From positions 124,001 to 173,181 of the forward strand of contig BLSG01000411.1 of the NCBI GenBank assembly GCA_012862495.1: a DNA stretch of 49,181 nucleotides, given 5' to 3'. Of the stretch, positions 18,735 to 29,989 are shown one piece after another (positions within the stretch are counted from its first letter, which is position 1; each line of letters opens with the position of its first letter). Origin of the DNA: Thraustochytrium aureum (Eukaryota). The notes below the pieces were generated by a model. It ran no database searches, was not told the DNA's origin, and saw only the letters and a program-made list of their open reading frames with translations. The translations under genes and the position numbers were made by a program.

Positions 18735-21700
18735 CTAGTAGGGTTTCGAGCTGCCGAACGGTTTGGAGCGCAATCTCTTGCCCTTGAGTGAATTTGAGAA
18801 GCCCCGCCCAGCGTTTCGCGAGTCGATAGGAACCAGCTTTGGCGTCCTTCGCGTATAGTGGTCTATCGCCGTTGTGGACTCTGAACGACGCACAGGTTTT
18901 GCGAAATCTGCCGATCCCACGTCGTTGGGCTCTGCGTCGCGAAGCAAATGAACCTTTTCCGAGGCGTTCATTCCGCTGTAACTCTCGTCGTCGGCAGCGG
19001 CAGCGGCCTGAGCACTCGCCTCGCTGGCGATCCGCTCAAATTCTTGCTCGATATCCGCCATCTCGTCGAGGATTGCCCGCGCCTGGGACAATTGCTTGGT
19101 CTGCCGCGAGGTGACATCAATCTTGAAGCGCCAGTTGAGGCCAGCAAGCTCTTCGCCTTGGCGGAGAGTCCCGAGGACCACGCCGCGGAGGTCGAAAATC
19201 CTCACGAGGCAGTCGTGCGACGCGGTGATCAAACACGAGCGCTCGCTGTTCAGAACGAGCTGCATTGACTGGATGGCGTCGCCGTGGGCTTGCCAGGAGA
19301 GCTCGAGCGGAACGACCGCTGCGGCTCGAAACGCGGTGAAGGACTGCGTCCCGCGCCCACGCGGCGCTCGCGGTCTGCTTGGCCCAAGGCCCGCTGGCCG
19401 ATGCCTAGGGGCTCGGTCTGCAGGCGCTGGAGGGGATGGTTGCGAGGAGACTGACATTCGACGCGGTGTTGGCGCCGCGGGTTTTCCGGATGAGTCGGAG
19501 GCGCTTTGCGGCGCAGTCGGGGATTGGCAGTTGGGCTCACCTAGTTTCGAAACATCGACGTGGAGTTTCCTGCGTGGATTCTCGCACTCGACTGCAGAAA
19601 AGGTCGAGGGGCCGATGCAGGCGGCGACCTTTTCGACAAGGAGCGAATAATCCCAGCACTTCACGAAGCCCTTGTCGTCGGCGGTGTAGAGCTTGTTTTC
19701 CTCTTGAAGGACGCACATTGCAGAGACCGCCGAGTTGTGCTGGCCGTTGCGATTGACAAATCGCACGAGGGAGCGGTTGCGCCACTCTTGGGCTGGGCGA
19801 ACAGCCCAAAACACGATGCCGCCCCCGTCGTCTGCGCTGACGAGGCCCGGAAAGGCGACATCGATGAATACGAGTGCCGTAATAGCCTTTGCCGCCTCGC
19901 TGGTGCGCGGCGCGGCGTTCGGAGCGGGCTTCGACGAGCCGTCCAGCTGTGTGCTGTGATCGGCTTGGTTGACGAGCGCATCGATTTCAGGGCTCAGCAC
20001 CCCTTCGACGCGGCCAAACTCAAAACTCCACAGCACGATGGGGCTTTTCGCGGCAGGCGACCCAGAGGCGATGAGAGCAAGCTTTTGCGAGTATGCTAGG
20101 GCGGTGATGTCTGCACCAGCGTGGCCGCCGTGCATGCGGCGGAGCAAGACGCCGCGCTCGGGGTCCATTTCGTCGTGCAGGAGGATAGTGTCGTCCCACC
20201 CAGCAGAGATGACGATTTTATACTCGTTGCAATAGATGAGGGCGGATACCTCGGAGTCGTGTGCTCGGGTCGGGTAGGCAAACTCCTTCATGAGCGTGCC
20301 GTTCATGTAGTCATAGACCTTGATGTTGCCGTTGTGATCCCCAACGACAAACTTGCGCTCGCGGTCATCCAGGCAGATCGTGCTGAGCTCGGCGCCGTCG
20401 CAGATGCCGCGGAAGCGGTTCATAAGGGTTCCTTTTCGAGCGTCCCAGAGCTTGATATCCCGCCCGGACGCCGTGAGAAGCGTCATGGTGGTGGGGTTGA
20501 AAATGGCCTGGAATACTGGGAGGTCGTCGGTGAGCTCGGGGTTGAGAAGCTTTTCGTAATCGAACTGGTGCATGCGGCGCCCGACTGCGACGAGAGACTT
20601 TTGCGGCGTGACGCAGGCGAAATCGCAAACCTCGGACGACTCTGTGGAGAAGGTCTGTACGCAGCCAAAGTTGCGGATGTCCCAGACCTTGAAGACCCCA
20701 GCGGTGTCCGCGGTGATGATTTGGGGTGTGTCAGGAACCATTTTGACCTTGCAAAGGGGGGCATTGTGGCCATGCAGGCGCAGAATCAGATGCTCCACGT
20801 AGGGGTTCCACACGTACGCGTCAAAGTCGAACCCTGCGGAGACCATAAACCGGTAGTCGGTGCTGTAGGCGAGCGATCGCACCCCCTTGGCGTGGCCCTC
20901 AAGCGTGCGCTTGTGCTTGCCTGTGGCAACATCCCAAAGCTTTATTGTGCGGTCCATGGATGCGCTGGCGAGAGATTCAAGCGAGCCGATTTGCAGGAGG
21001 TCAAGGACCATGTCCGTGTGGCTATCATTGACCAGATAGGTCCCACCGGCTTGCAGAACGCCGCCCATGCAGTGGCGCTCGGTGCCCTCCACGACATCCC
21101 AGGAGCGCACAACTCCGTTGACCCCTGCCGAGAACAGGAGCTGCGGGCCCGCGGCCCACTCCAAGCAGGCTTGCGAGGTGTCCGTGCTCAGCTCGTGAAT
21201 GAGACGGAGGCTCTGGTCGTCGTAAATGGAGATCGAGAGGTTGCTGGTGGACAGAGCGAATTGGCCTGGCCCTGTGAGGTGAGCAGCACAGAGCACGTTC
21301 CCGAGCGGGACTCGTATTGACCTTTCGAGCTCGAGGGTGTCGGGAAAGTAGAGGTTGAGGCACTGTGAGTTGGCCTCGCACGCGGCAACGCGATTGACTC
21401 CCGGGAAGTAGTACGTATGCTCGATGCGGCCCAAGTGCTTGGCTTCGTCTTGCCAAGAGCTCGCGAAGTAGCGCTGGATGCTGTTGGGCTCGTTTTCCTG
21501 GGCCAGCTTGCCCGTGTCTACGATGAACGATGTGAATTCATCCCACTCCATGGTGCCATCGCCGTTGACGTCAATTTGAGCGAAGAGTTCGCAGAGTTGC
21601 GACACGAGCTGCGTCTCGGCCATGGCACTGTGCTTGAGATACTTTAGCATAACGTAGACAAACTCGGCCTGCGTGAGGCCCTCCGCTTTGCCCTCGAATT

Positions 21701-21944
21701 CGTCGCGGAGCGCAGGGACCTTGTCGATGTCCAGAAGCATCATGATGTCCATGGTGCGGGTCCCGCCGTCTGGTTCTTCATACAGGGTTTGCCTGCGCTT
21801 GGCCAGCGCCTCGTGCATTTTGGCAGCTCGTTTCTGCCAGCCGAACTCCTCAGCGGTCTCAGCCAGCTCGGCGCGAAGCGCTTTGGGGGCCGTGCCTTTC
21901 TCATCGTCCACCTCGGTCAAGCTGAAGGTGCCAGTGCGGAGCAT
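18735..21944 (-). CDS. EF-hand plus WD40-repeat protein (WDR49/EFCAB8-like)
   Basis: Canonical EF-hand DVNGDGTMEWDEF followed by many WD40 repeats (SASMDRTIKLWD, LEGHAKGV, LHGHNAPL, TASHDCLVRIFD); 1069-aa ORF. Confidence 0.85.
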   Translation of the reverse strand: MLRTGTFSLTEVDDEKGTAPKALRAELAETAEEFGWQKRAAKMHEALAKRRQTLYEEPDGGTRTMDIMMLLDIDKVPALRDEFEGKAEGLTQAEFVYVMLKYLKHSAMAETQLVSQLCELFAQIDVNGDGTMEWDEFTSFIVDTGKLAQENEPNSIQRYFASSWQDEAKHLGRIEHTYYFPGVNRVAACEANSQCLNLYFPDTLELERSIRVPLGNVLCAAHLTGPGQFALSTSNLSISIYDDQSLRLIHELSTDTSQACLEWAAGPQLLFSAGVNGVVRSWDVVEGTERHCMGGVLQAGGTYLVNDSHTDMVLDLLQIGSLESLASASMDRTIKLWDVATGKHKRTLEGHAKGVRSLAYSTDYRFMVSAGFDFDAYVWNPYVEHLILRLHGHNAPLCKVKMVPDTPQIITADTAGVFKVWDIRNFGCVQTFSTESSEVCDFACVTPQKSLVAVGRRMHQFDYEKLLNPELTDDLPVFQAIFNPTTMTLLTASGRDIKLWDARKGTLMNRFRGICDGAELSTICLDDRERKFVVGDHNGNIKVYDYMNGTLMKEFAYPTRAHDSEVSALIYCNEYKIVISAGWDDTILLHDEMDPERGVLLRRMHGGHAGADITALAYSQKLALIASGSPAAKSPIVLWSFEFGRVEGVLSPEIDALVNQADHSTQLDGSSKPAPNAAPRTSEAAKAITALVFIDVAFPGLVSADDGGGIVFWAVRPAQEWRNRSLVRFVNRNGQHNSAVSAMCVLQEENKLYTADDKGFVKCWDYSLLVEKVAACIGPSTFSAVECENPRRKLHVDVSKLGEPNCQSPTAPQSASDSSGKPAAPTPRRMSVSSQPSPPAPADRAPRHRPAGLGPSRPRAPRGRGTQSFTAFRAAAVVPLELSWQAHGDAIQSMQLVLNSERSCLITASHDCLVRIFDLRGVVLGTLRQGEELAGLNWRFKIDVTSRQTKQLSQARAILDEMADIEQEFERIASEASAQAAAAADDESYSGMNASEKVHLLRDAEPNDVGSADFAKPVRRSESTTAIDHYTRRTPKLVPIDSRNAGRGFSNSLKGKRLRSKPFGSSKPY

Positions 21945-22435
21945 TTTCCGTGAGGCCCCTCAGTCGTCGGCGTGCGGCGCGCCTTCCCCGGAGCCAGTCG
22001 CTTCAACCAGGGGCCCGCACAGCAGAGGGCGGCGCAGGCAGGCCCTGCCGACTCTTCCTTGCTAGCTTGTCCTCTGCAGCGTGCCGCGCGCCCTCGTGCG
22101 CCGTGGGCCCTGCCGAGCTGTAGGTATGCAATCCGGGACCCGAAACGGTCAAGTCCAGGCAGAATGGCGCGCCATTCCAACTTGCAGACACTCCACACGC
22201 GCAAGGGCTCTCGCGCTCGGGCAGAGGTCGGCGGCGGCCCGAAGAAGAGGGCTGCGGCGCCGCGCGCTCGCGCACCGATACCGGGGCTCGTTCGCGGGAG
22301 GGTCTGGGAGTCAGGCGGGCAAAGCGCTCGATTTGCGCGAGGTCGCGCACAGATCTGGGCATTCGTTGTTGCAGGCGGCCTCGCAGGGCGCGGGGCGCAG
22401 GTCTGGCCTTGGACGGGGCCGCGCGGTCGCATACG

Positions 22436-23522
22436 ATGGAGCACGCGGCTGCTGTACCTGAGAGCCTGATCGGGGCGCTCGAAGACCTGGAGGAGCGGGA
22501 GCTGGCTGACTCGGTGCGGACGTACTTGCCGCCGAAGCAGGCGCCGCGAAGGAGCTATGCGCGCCTGGTGGATGCGTCCGACAGCATGCGCGACGACCTG
22601 CAGAGGCGCTCGAGCCGCGAGCTGCTCGAGAGGAGCGCGCCGCGGTCGCCAACCGCGTTCAAAATGCAGCAGTACGACTTGTCGATTTCGGGGAGTGACA
22701 CAGCGCAGCGCCGGGCCTCGCAGGACGCGACAGTTTCACAGCTTGCACCGCGCGGGTCGCGGCTCGCAGGGAGCGACGTGATGCCGAATCGACGGTAAGT
22801 GGCCAGGTGTCGTTGGGGCCGACAGGGCTTGCTCCTGGCGGGGCGTCGCGCTGACTGTGGGTGGAGGAGGCGCTGCGGACAGAGGTCTGAGCGTGCGCAC
22901 GGCGAGCGACGCAGCGGCCCCGCGAGCGGAGGGCGTTGCAAGCAAGGCGCAGCGCTTGTGCAACACGTACGACCGCGTCTTGCTCGTCTTGGGCGAGCGG
23001 GTGCAGGAGCTGGCCGCGGCGGCCGCGCAAAACAAGCGGAAGGCGGCGCTTGGGCCGTTCCGCGTCATTCTGGCCAAGCTCCTGCGCGACACGCACCAGC
23101 TGCACGCCCTTGTCGTTGCCGCGGCCAGCTTGGTCGAGCCGGAGGGCGGCGTGCCGGGCGGCGCCGGTGCGGCAAACGCAGTGAGCCAGTACGACAACTT
23201 TGACTACGGCCTCATCGAGGAGGAGGAGGACGTTGGCGTGACGCTCAGGGTGACGCACCGATTTCTCTGCACGGAGGGCAAGATCCACACGGCGTACCGC
23301 GCGCTCGAGAAGCACTTGCGCGCGATCAAGCGCGAGGGTCTGGCGTTCGATCGGCTCGAGTTGTCCGAGGCGGCGCTTGACAGGATTGACGAGGCCAGCA
23401 CGCGGTGCCTGGAGCGCGTTGACGCTGCGCAGGCGATCCTGTCGCGGATTGACATGCGGGGCGCGGCGACGGCGGTTCTCGCGGCCGTGCGCTGGCGCAA
23501 CAGGTCGCCGACGCATCGTTAG
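22436..23522 (+). CDS. Hypothetical helical protein, two exons
   Basis: Exon 22436-22794, intron 22795-22882 (GTAAGT..CTGAC..CAG, phase 2) and exon 22883-23522 join two adjacent ORFs in frame. Confidence 0.65.
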
Positions 23523-23611
23523 GTGCGCTGCGGGGGGCGCAATGGGGGCGCTCGCGTCCGGCGGGGCCGCGCCGTCCGACGTCCAAGGGAAACTAGAGAG
23601 ATCGTTGATAA

Positions 23612-23974
23612 CTAAGCTGCGAGAGGAGACTCCTTGCCGGCGGCTTTGGCGTCCGCCTCGGCCTTCTCCAGCATGCGCTGGAGCGGCGGGAGCGGCTCCA
23701 CATCAAAGGGCTCGCCGCCGCTGATGGGCTTGATGACGCGCGTGATCATAAAGTGCTTCTTGCGGCTGATCGGGCGGCACGCCTGGATTTGCACCCGGTC
23801 GCCGACCGTGACCATCTCGGCCTCGTCGTGCACAATGTACCGTTTATCTTTCTTCACCGAGGTCTCGTACAGCTTGTGGCGCACAATCCGCTGCACATTC
23901 ACCACGGCGCTCTTCTGCATCTTGGTCGACACCACGGTGCCGATCAGCTTCTTGGGGCCGGGACCCTGAATCAT
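23612..23974 (-). CDS. MRPS17: Organellar (mitochondrial) ribosomal protein uS17
   Basis: Bacterial-type S17 signature LIGTVVSTKMQKSAVV..HKLY..KRYIVHDE..VGDRVQIQACRPISRKKHF. ATG at 23974, 120 aa. Confidence 0.9.
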   Translation of the reverse strand: MIQGPGPKKLIGTVVSTKMQKSAVVNVQRIVRHKLYETSVKKDKRYIVHDEAEMVTVGDRVQIQACRPISRKKHFMITRVIKPISGGEPFDVEPLPPLQRMLEKAEADAKAAGKESPLAA

Positions 23975-24159
23975 CCTCGCCGCCTCGCGCTCGCCCTCCG
24001 CAGCACCGCAGCGCACCGCGACGCGGGCCCAGGGGTCGGACTTCCACGCGCAAGCAACCAGTCGAGCGCGCACGCGTGCGCCAGAGTCCTGCTCCTCCGC
24101 GCCGCCCTCCTCCGCCTGCGCGTCTCGCGTCTGCCAGCCACACTCCAACTCGCCGCGCC

Positions 24160-24592
24160 GCACCTCCTCGTTAAGCGCCTGGAGAAGTCCTCTCCGCGTA
24201 CGCCAGAGTGGGCTTAGGTGACCCTCGGTGAGCGCCTTAGCAGAGTCAGGGGCCTGGTGACAGAGCACGGCTCTATCATCCTCGGTAAACACCTTGGAAT
24301 ACTACTTTGGAGAGCGGCCGAGTACCCTAGAGGAATCCTTGTGAAACGCCTGGGAAGAGAGCGGACGCGGTGCGGCCGAGTGGTGCCGATTCATCCTCCC
24401 ACCACGCTCTACTAGCGAGCAAGCGGACTCGTCGTCCAGATGCCAAGCGCAGCGCATTGTTCCTCGGTAAACGCCCTAGCAGGCGGCGGGAGGCTGCGGC
24501 AGTTCCCTGTATTTTCATCCTCGTAACACGCTCTCGCCCCAATTGGGCTGCAGCTGAGTGCGAGAGCATTTCCCTCGATGTACGCCTGGGGT
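24160..24592. repeat. Degenerate interspaced repeat array, 8 units, ~57-bp period
   Basis: Consensus CCTCGGTAAACGCCT at 24166, 24223, 24280, 24337, 24395, 24462, 24519 and 24573, matching 13, 13, 14, 12, 8, 14, 10 and 12 of 15 positions. A second block (C[A/C/T]GAG-like) ends 15 nt before the CTC of each following copy. Confidence 0.8.
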
Positions 24593-24616
24593 CGAGGAGG
24601 AGCAGAGCAGAGGACA

Positions 24617-24684
24617 AGGAGGAGGAGGAGGAGGAGGAGGAGAAGAGAACGCGGGCGGGCAGACCCCCAACGAAGGAAGGAAGG

Positions 24685-24720
<36 letters not shown>

Positions 24721-24721
24721 C
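24617..24721. repeat. (GAG)n and (GGCA)n microsatellites upstream of the AVL9-like ATG
   Basis: Direct reading: AGG run 24617-24642 and AGGC run 24686-24721. Confidence 0.9.
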
Positions 24722-24741
24722 CGCGGGCGGGCGCGCGGGCG

Positions 24742-27700
24742 ATGGCGGCGAAGGTGGTGGGCGCCGTGGTGGAGTTCCACGTGCGGCAAGGGCCCGCGCT
24801 GGAGTCCAGGTGGCCCGCTGGAGAAGGCCTGCCGTTCGACGCTGGCGACGCTGGGCTGGCGGAGCTGGTCCTGACGCGAGTGCCGTTCCTGGCGCTGCCG
24901 GACAGGTCGGATGGCGCGGACGAAGGGTTTGCGTACTTTGTGGTGCGGCAAGCGCCGCGGATCGTGGCGGGCGTGTCGTGCTTCAGGCAGGTGGAGGACG
25001 AGCGCGCGGAGCGGAACAAGACGCAGCGCGCGGTGTGCGTCCTGACGGACTGCGCCGCGTTCTACATGGTGCGCAAGCTGCTGGAAGCGCGCGCTGAGGA
25101 GGTTCTGTGGACGGAGCCCGCAGAGGCCAGGTTTGAGGCGCTGGCTCGCTTGTGCCAGGCCGTGGAGCGCGCGCTGGCGGGCGACGGCGGCGGGCCGCAG
25201 CGGCCGTTGGCGAGCGTCTGCGGGCCAACGTCGCTCGTCAAGGCCTGCCGCTGGCTCGGCGGCGGCAAGCGGCTCCTCGCGATCTTGCGGTGCGTCTTGC
25301 TGGGCGACACGAGCGTGGTCGTGACAGGGCCCTCTGGAACCGTTGTGAGCGAGGTCGTTCTCGCCGTGGCCAGCGCGCTGCCGCAGTTTGGAGGGCTGCT
25401 CGGGCCCGGCAAGTGGAGCCAGGAGCAGCAGGGGCCCGCGTGGTCGCCCCTAACCATAAGCAGCGTGCGCCTCGCCATGNNNNNNNNNNNNNNNNNNNNN
25501 NNNNNNNNNNNNNNNNNNNNNNNNNNNNNNNNNNNNNNNNNNNNNNNNNNNNNNNNNNNNNNNNNNNNNNNNNNNNNNNNNNNNNNNNNNNNNNNNNNNN
25601 NNNNNNNNNNNNNNNNNNNNNNNNNNNNNNNNNNNNNNNNNNNNNNNNNNNNNNNNNNNNNNNNNNNNNNNNNNNNNNCTCGAGGACCTACGCGCGGTGC
25701 ACGCGCCTCGGCGCGCGGCCGAGGCGCAAAAGACGGCCTGGAGGGGCGGTGGGGGTTCCTGGGCAGGCGCCGTGAACCCGATCGTCGCGTCGCAAGTGAG
25801 GCGAGGTCTTGGCGACCTCGTCGTCGAGCTGAGCGACCAGGTCCTCGACGACGAGTGGCAGGCCTCCAAGGTAGCAGCTGGAGCCTCGTCTCCGGTGGGA
25901 GCGGGGCGCCAGAGCCCCGCTGGTTCCATGATCTCAAGCGGAGCAAGCCCGCAAGGCCAGCAGCAGCAGCAGCAGCGCCCATGAAAACGCAACGAGCGAG
26001 CCGCAAGGGCGAAGCGGGCCAGGGCCAGAGCCGCTGCGGGCGCACGGCGCCAAGGACGGATCGAGCAACTTTGAGCGGTTGTTTCGGAATCTGGACCTGA
26101 GCGGCGCGGCAGTGCAAGAGCAGTTTCAGCAGTTTTCAAGCAAAGCAGCCAAGTTTATGAAAGACAAGACTGGCGAGGTTGTGAGCAAAATCCAGCAGTG
26201 GGCCGTCAAGCCCGTCATGCTAACGCCGTTGAGCGCCGCTGGGCGGGCCGCGGTCGACCTCGGGAAGAGGGACCGCGACTTTGCGCGTGCCATCGACCGC
26301 CTTTTGTATGCAGGGCCCACCGCCGCCGCTGCAGGTTTTGACCCGAGCGCCAGGTCCCAGACTGGTCGCCCGGCGTCGCCGCCAGCTGCGAGGCCCTCAG
26401 GAAGTGCCGCCTTTCCGACGGGTGGGCCGGCCTCGCTGTCGGGTTTCTTTAGCACAATCGTGTCGAGTGTGGTTGATCCGCTCGGCAGCAAGCAGAGCGC
26501 TTTCAGCCGGCCAGCGCGAGGCGCGCCAGTCGGGGACGAGCAAGGGGCACAGCGCCGTGGCGCTGGGGAATCCTTGGCCGACGCTGGGCAGGACGAGCCG
26601 CCTGAGGTCGACGGGGACGCGGTCGAGCGGGAGCTGCGGAGCATCGTAGCGTCCTGGGCCGATAGTTTGTTCCTGGAGATGGAGCGCTATATAGGTGAGG
26701 TTGCCTCGACCCAGCTCAAGTTCAAGCACAACCTCTTCATGGGGGGCCACACCAAGGGGTACCTGTTAGAGTGGACGAGCCGCACGGTGGCCCAGCGCGA
26801 GAAAAAGTCGAGCAGCGAGGTCGTGCGGTTTGAGAATGGGGACGAGTACCGCGGCGAGCTAGTCGCCAGCGACGCGGACGGCTTTGTTGCGCTCATACTC
26901 ACGGCCGCGGACCTCGACGCGGACCACAAGCTATGTCGCCACGGTGTGGGGGTCTACTTGAGCAAGGCCGCCGTGCCTGGACCCGGCGGAGCTGCAGGAG
27001 CTGCTGCAGCAGCCGCTGCAGGCGCTGTAGGGGCGGGGCCGCGGTGGCGATACGAGGGATCCTGGGTGGACGACGCGCAGCACGGGCAGGGCACCTTGAC
27101 GAACGCAGACGAGCCAGATGCCTTTCTGTACGACGGGCAGTGGGGTTTTGGGGAGCGAAGCGGCCACGGCACGTGCGTGGTAAAGGGCAAAGGCCAGTAC
27201 AACGGTCAATGGAAGGCTGGCCGATTTGAGGGAGAAGGGCTGCTCTTTGACGCCGTTGGGGCCTCGTACCAGGGCGAGTGGGCCGCAGGAAAGAGGTGCG
27301 GCACTGGCCGGTGGCGCGACGCAAGCGGCTCGCTCGCCTACGAAGGCGAATGGAAGGACGACCTGCCTGACGGCGTGGGCAATGCGCAGTTCGATGCCAG
27401 TGGCGTGGCCAAGTATTGCGGCCAGTGGCGCTGTGGGCAGCGCCACGGCCAAGGCGCACTTTCACACAGCATCGACGAGTGGTACGAAGGCGAGTGGGCC
27501 GCGGACGCTCGGGAGGGTCGCGGCCGTCTCGTGTGCTTGTCGCCCAGCGGCGAGCAAGTCCAGTTCGAGGGCACGTGGTGCAAGGACGCGCTCGTTTGGG
27601 CAGACGGCGTCACCGTAAGCTATCCTGGAACTGAGCGGGGCGAGGTCGTTCTGGATGCCCCTGGCGAGGTTGGGCTGGCGGCCTGGGCGTTGGAAGGCGC

Positions 27701-28241
27701 ACTGCCGGCATTTGCTGCGTCGATGGCTTGTTGTTGCGCAGACTTTGGGTGCGATTTGGTTTGCCTGCCGAGCAAGCGGGGCACAGTCGTTTCGATACAA
27801 GCGCTCGAGGTGGGCGAGTCTGATACAGACGTAGACGACGCGGAGGAAGAGGCCGAAGCGGGGCCACGACCGGGGGGGTTGCCCTGCGCGGATATACTTG
27901 CAGGCGATATCGGTGCTGCAGAAGAGCCGGATGCTGTGGTTGGGATCTTGAACCCCGTGGTTGGAGCGGAAACGCTGTCCGAGCGGGAGGACAACGAGTG
28001 CGCAGCTGGGCCTGCTGACGAGGTTGGCGCGCAAGGCGTGGTCGCAGTTGCGAGCGACGCTGGCGAACGCGCTGAGCTGGACTCCGCTCTTCGCCACAGC
28101 CCGCGAGTTGGTGGCTCGGCAGCGTTGGAGGGCGTTGTGCCGGCGATACCCGACACCTCTGTCACGCCACGCGGAGCGGCGGAGACGACAAGACTCGCCG
28201 TGACAGAGCACGAGCTTGGAAAAAGTGTGAAAAAAGTGTAG
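24742..28241 (+). CDS. AVL9/DENN-like N-terminal domain plus MORN-repeat protein; spans a gap and one frame break
   Basis: AVL9-like motifs VVEFHVRQG, VPFLALPD, GVSCFRQV and TQRAVCVL. About 8 MORN repeats (YEGSWVDDAQHGQG, YDGQWGFGERSGHG, YEGEWKDDLPDGVG). Gap at 25480-25678 and frame switch near 25978. A single gene is inferred. Confidence 0.65.
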
Positions 28242-28471
28242 AAGTAAGGAAACATGAATGGAAAACGAAAGACAAACGNNNNNNNNNNNNNNNNNNNNNN
28301 NNNNNNNNNNNNNNNNNNNNNNNNNNNNNNNNNNNNNNNNNNNNNNNNNNNNNNNNNNNNNNNNNNNNNNNNNNNNNNNAAAAGCGCGGTACGAGATCAG
28401 GGCAGGCAGGCAGGCAGGGGTTGGTAGAGTGAGTCCAAGGCAGGTTATGGGGCAGACCAAGAGACCGCGCT

Positions 28472-29507
28472 CTAGCTGGAGTGGTTGGAGAAGCGATTGC
28501 TGGCCAGAAACTGGCGAATCAGCTCGTTCTGGTTGACACTGGCTCGCATCCCAGCAGCACCGGCAGCCGCCTCCGCCATCCGCCGAGCGTCCATGGGCGC
28601 AAAGCGCGGGTGCCCTTGGTGGAGGCGCATCGCGTCCTGCTGCTCGATGAGGCGCATGAGCGGCGCGCTGTGCGCTGACGAGCCGCCGGGAGGACTTGAT
28701 GGACTCGAACGCGATCCCAAAAGGCTGGTTTTCAGCGACGAAGTGGACAGCGGCGAGCTCGGGCCGGAGAGCATCGCCTCGGTTGGGTTTGAACAAAGCA
28801 TCGACGACAGCTGCCTGCTGCACAAGAGGCTTCCAAAGCTCTCGAGCGGTGATCGCTTGTCAGAGGCGAAGAGCGAGGACGAGGGCGAGAAGCCTGGCAC
28901 GAACGAGCGAGAAGAAACCGCCGCTGCAGCGGCTGCGGCAACGTTGAGGTTGAGGGATCCGAATGGGGTCGGCTTGAGTGGCACGTGGCTGAGCGAGCCT
29001 GGCGTCACGTAAGGGTCGCTCGTCGGGTACCTCGCCGCTTGACTATTGACATGCCGCGAGATCTGCGACCCGTGCGAGATGCAAAAGTCGGAGCGGCCGC
29101 GAGCGCCTTTGTTGCACCCCTCGAACTGGCAGCGGCGCCCACCGCCGTGCGCAGAGCAATACTTGGTTGAACCTTGGGCGCTCTTGCTGCACTTGTCCAT
29201 GTCACAGCGGCGTCCGCCCCCCGTGGCTGACACAGAAGCGCGAGCCGCTGCGGTAGAATTTCTCGCAGCCCGGATGGCGGCAACGCTTGCCCGCGTGCTT
29301 GCTCTTGGTGGTTTTGCCGTCGCGGGTTGCGGGAGCGACTGGGAGCCCAGGTGCGAATTGCGGGTTTGACGAGGCAGGCAGAGGGCCCTCCAGTTTGCGG
29401 CGCTTTGCGAGCTGCTCGAGGGTGACGTTGTGCAGGTCGGCGGTCCCATTAACGCGCTGGTTTTCGTTGTCGCGCATCCGCGCCTGCTGCTTGGCGAGGT
29501 TGTCCAT
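28472..29507 (-). CDS. WRKY19-like zinc-finger repeat protein (C-x4-C-x10-C-x2-HG, three copies), frameshifted in a G6 run
   Basis: CRHPGCEKFYRSGSRFCVSHGG continues as GRRCDMDKCSKSAQGSTKYCSAHGGGRRCQFEGCNKGARGRSDFCISHG after removing one base from C6 at 29217-29222. NLS-like KRRK. An alternative ATG is at 29552. Confidence 0.78.
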
Positions 29508-29989
29508 GGCCCCGAACGCGTGCGCGGCAGGGGCCCGGCTCGTGACAAACATGCCTCTGGCACGCCGAGGTGTTCGGCTTGGGCGGCGCCACCTTGCGCA
29601 GGAGAGCTCAATGCAATCAAGGAATCGTGTCTGGGGCCGAGGTTGGCGCCTTGGCGCAGCGCACTCTGCTCGCGGGTTGGGGATTTGCTCCAGGGGCTGT
29701 GCCAGCCTGAATGCTGCCGTTGGTAATAGCCTGCGTATCGTATTCGCGGCTGCGGTACTGCTGGCATGCAGGATGTGGCGGGGTAAAATACAACGCCGAC
29801 GGGTCGTACCACCCACTCGCCCCAGCAACACAACAACAACACTCTACTTCCGGCGGACGGGAGTTTGCCGATGCGGATGACAGACCAACCAGAGAGCCCA
29901 GTCGGCGCCTCTGGAGATCGATCACCGGCTGCTGCTCCTGCAGCTCCTGCAGCTGCCACACGGCCTCCACCCACCCACCCACGAGCCCG

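Noticed and set aside
23975..24292. N-terminal extension of uS17 in the ORF track
   Set aside because: GTG start running through the repeat array; the ATG at 23974 gives a normal-sized protein.
24160..24592. Calling the array a CRISPR or tRNA/snoRNA cluster
   Set aside because: The repeats are too degenerate, there are no cas genes and the context is eukaryotic. A-box-like CGGCCGAGTGG lacks a B box or cloverleaf, and there are no canonical RTGATGA/CTGA pairs. Kept as an unclassified array.
25980..25984. Selenocysteine or programmed frameshift at CCA TGA
   Set aside because: Readthrough does not enter the MORN frame, no SECIS was recognised, and a single-base error or intron is simpler.
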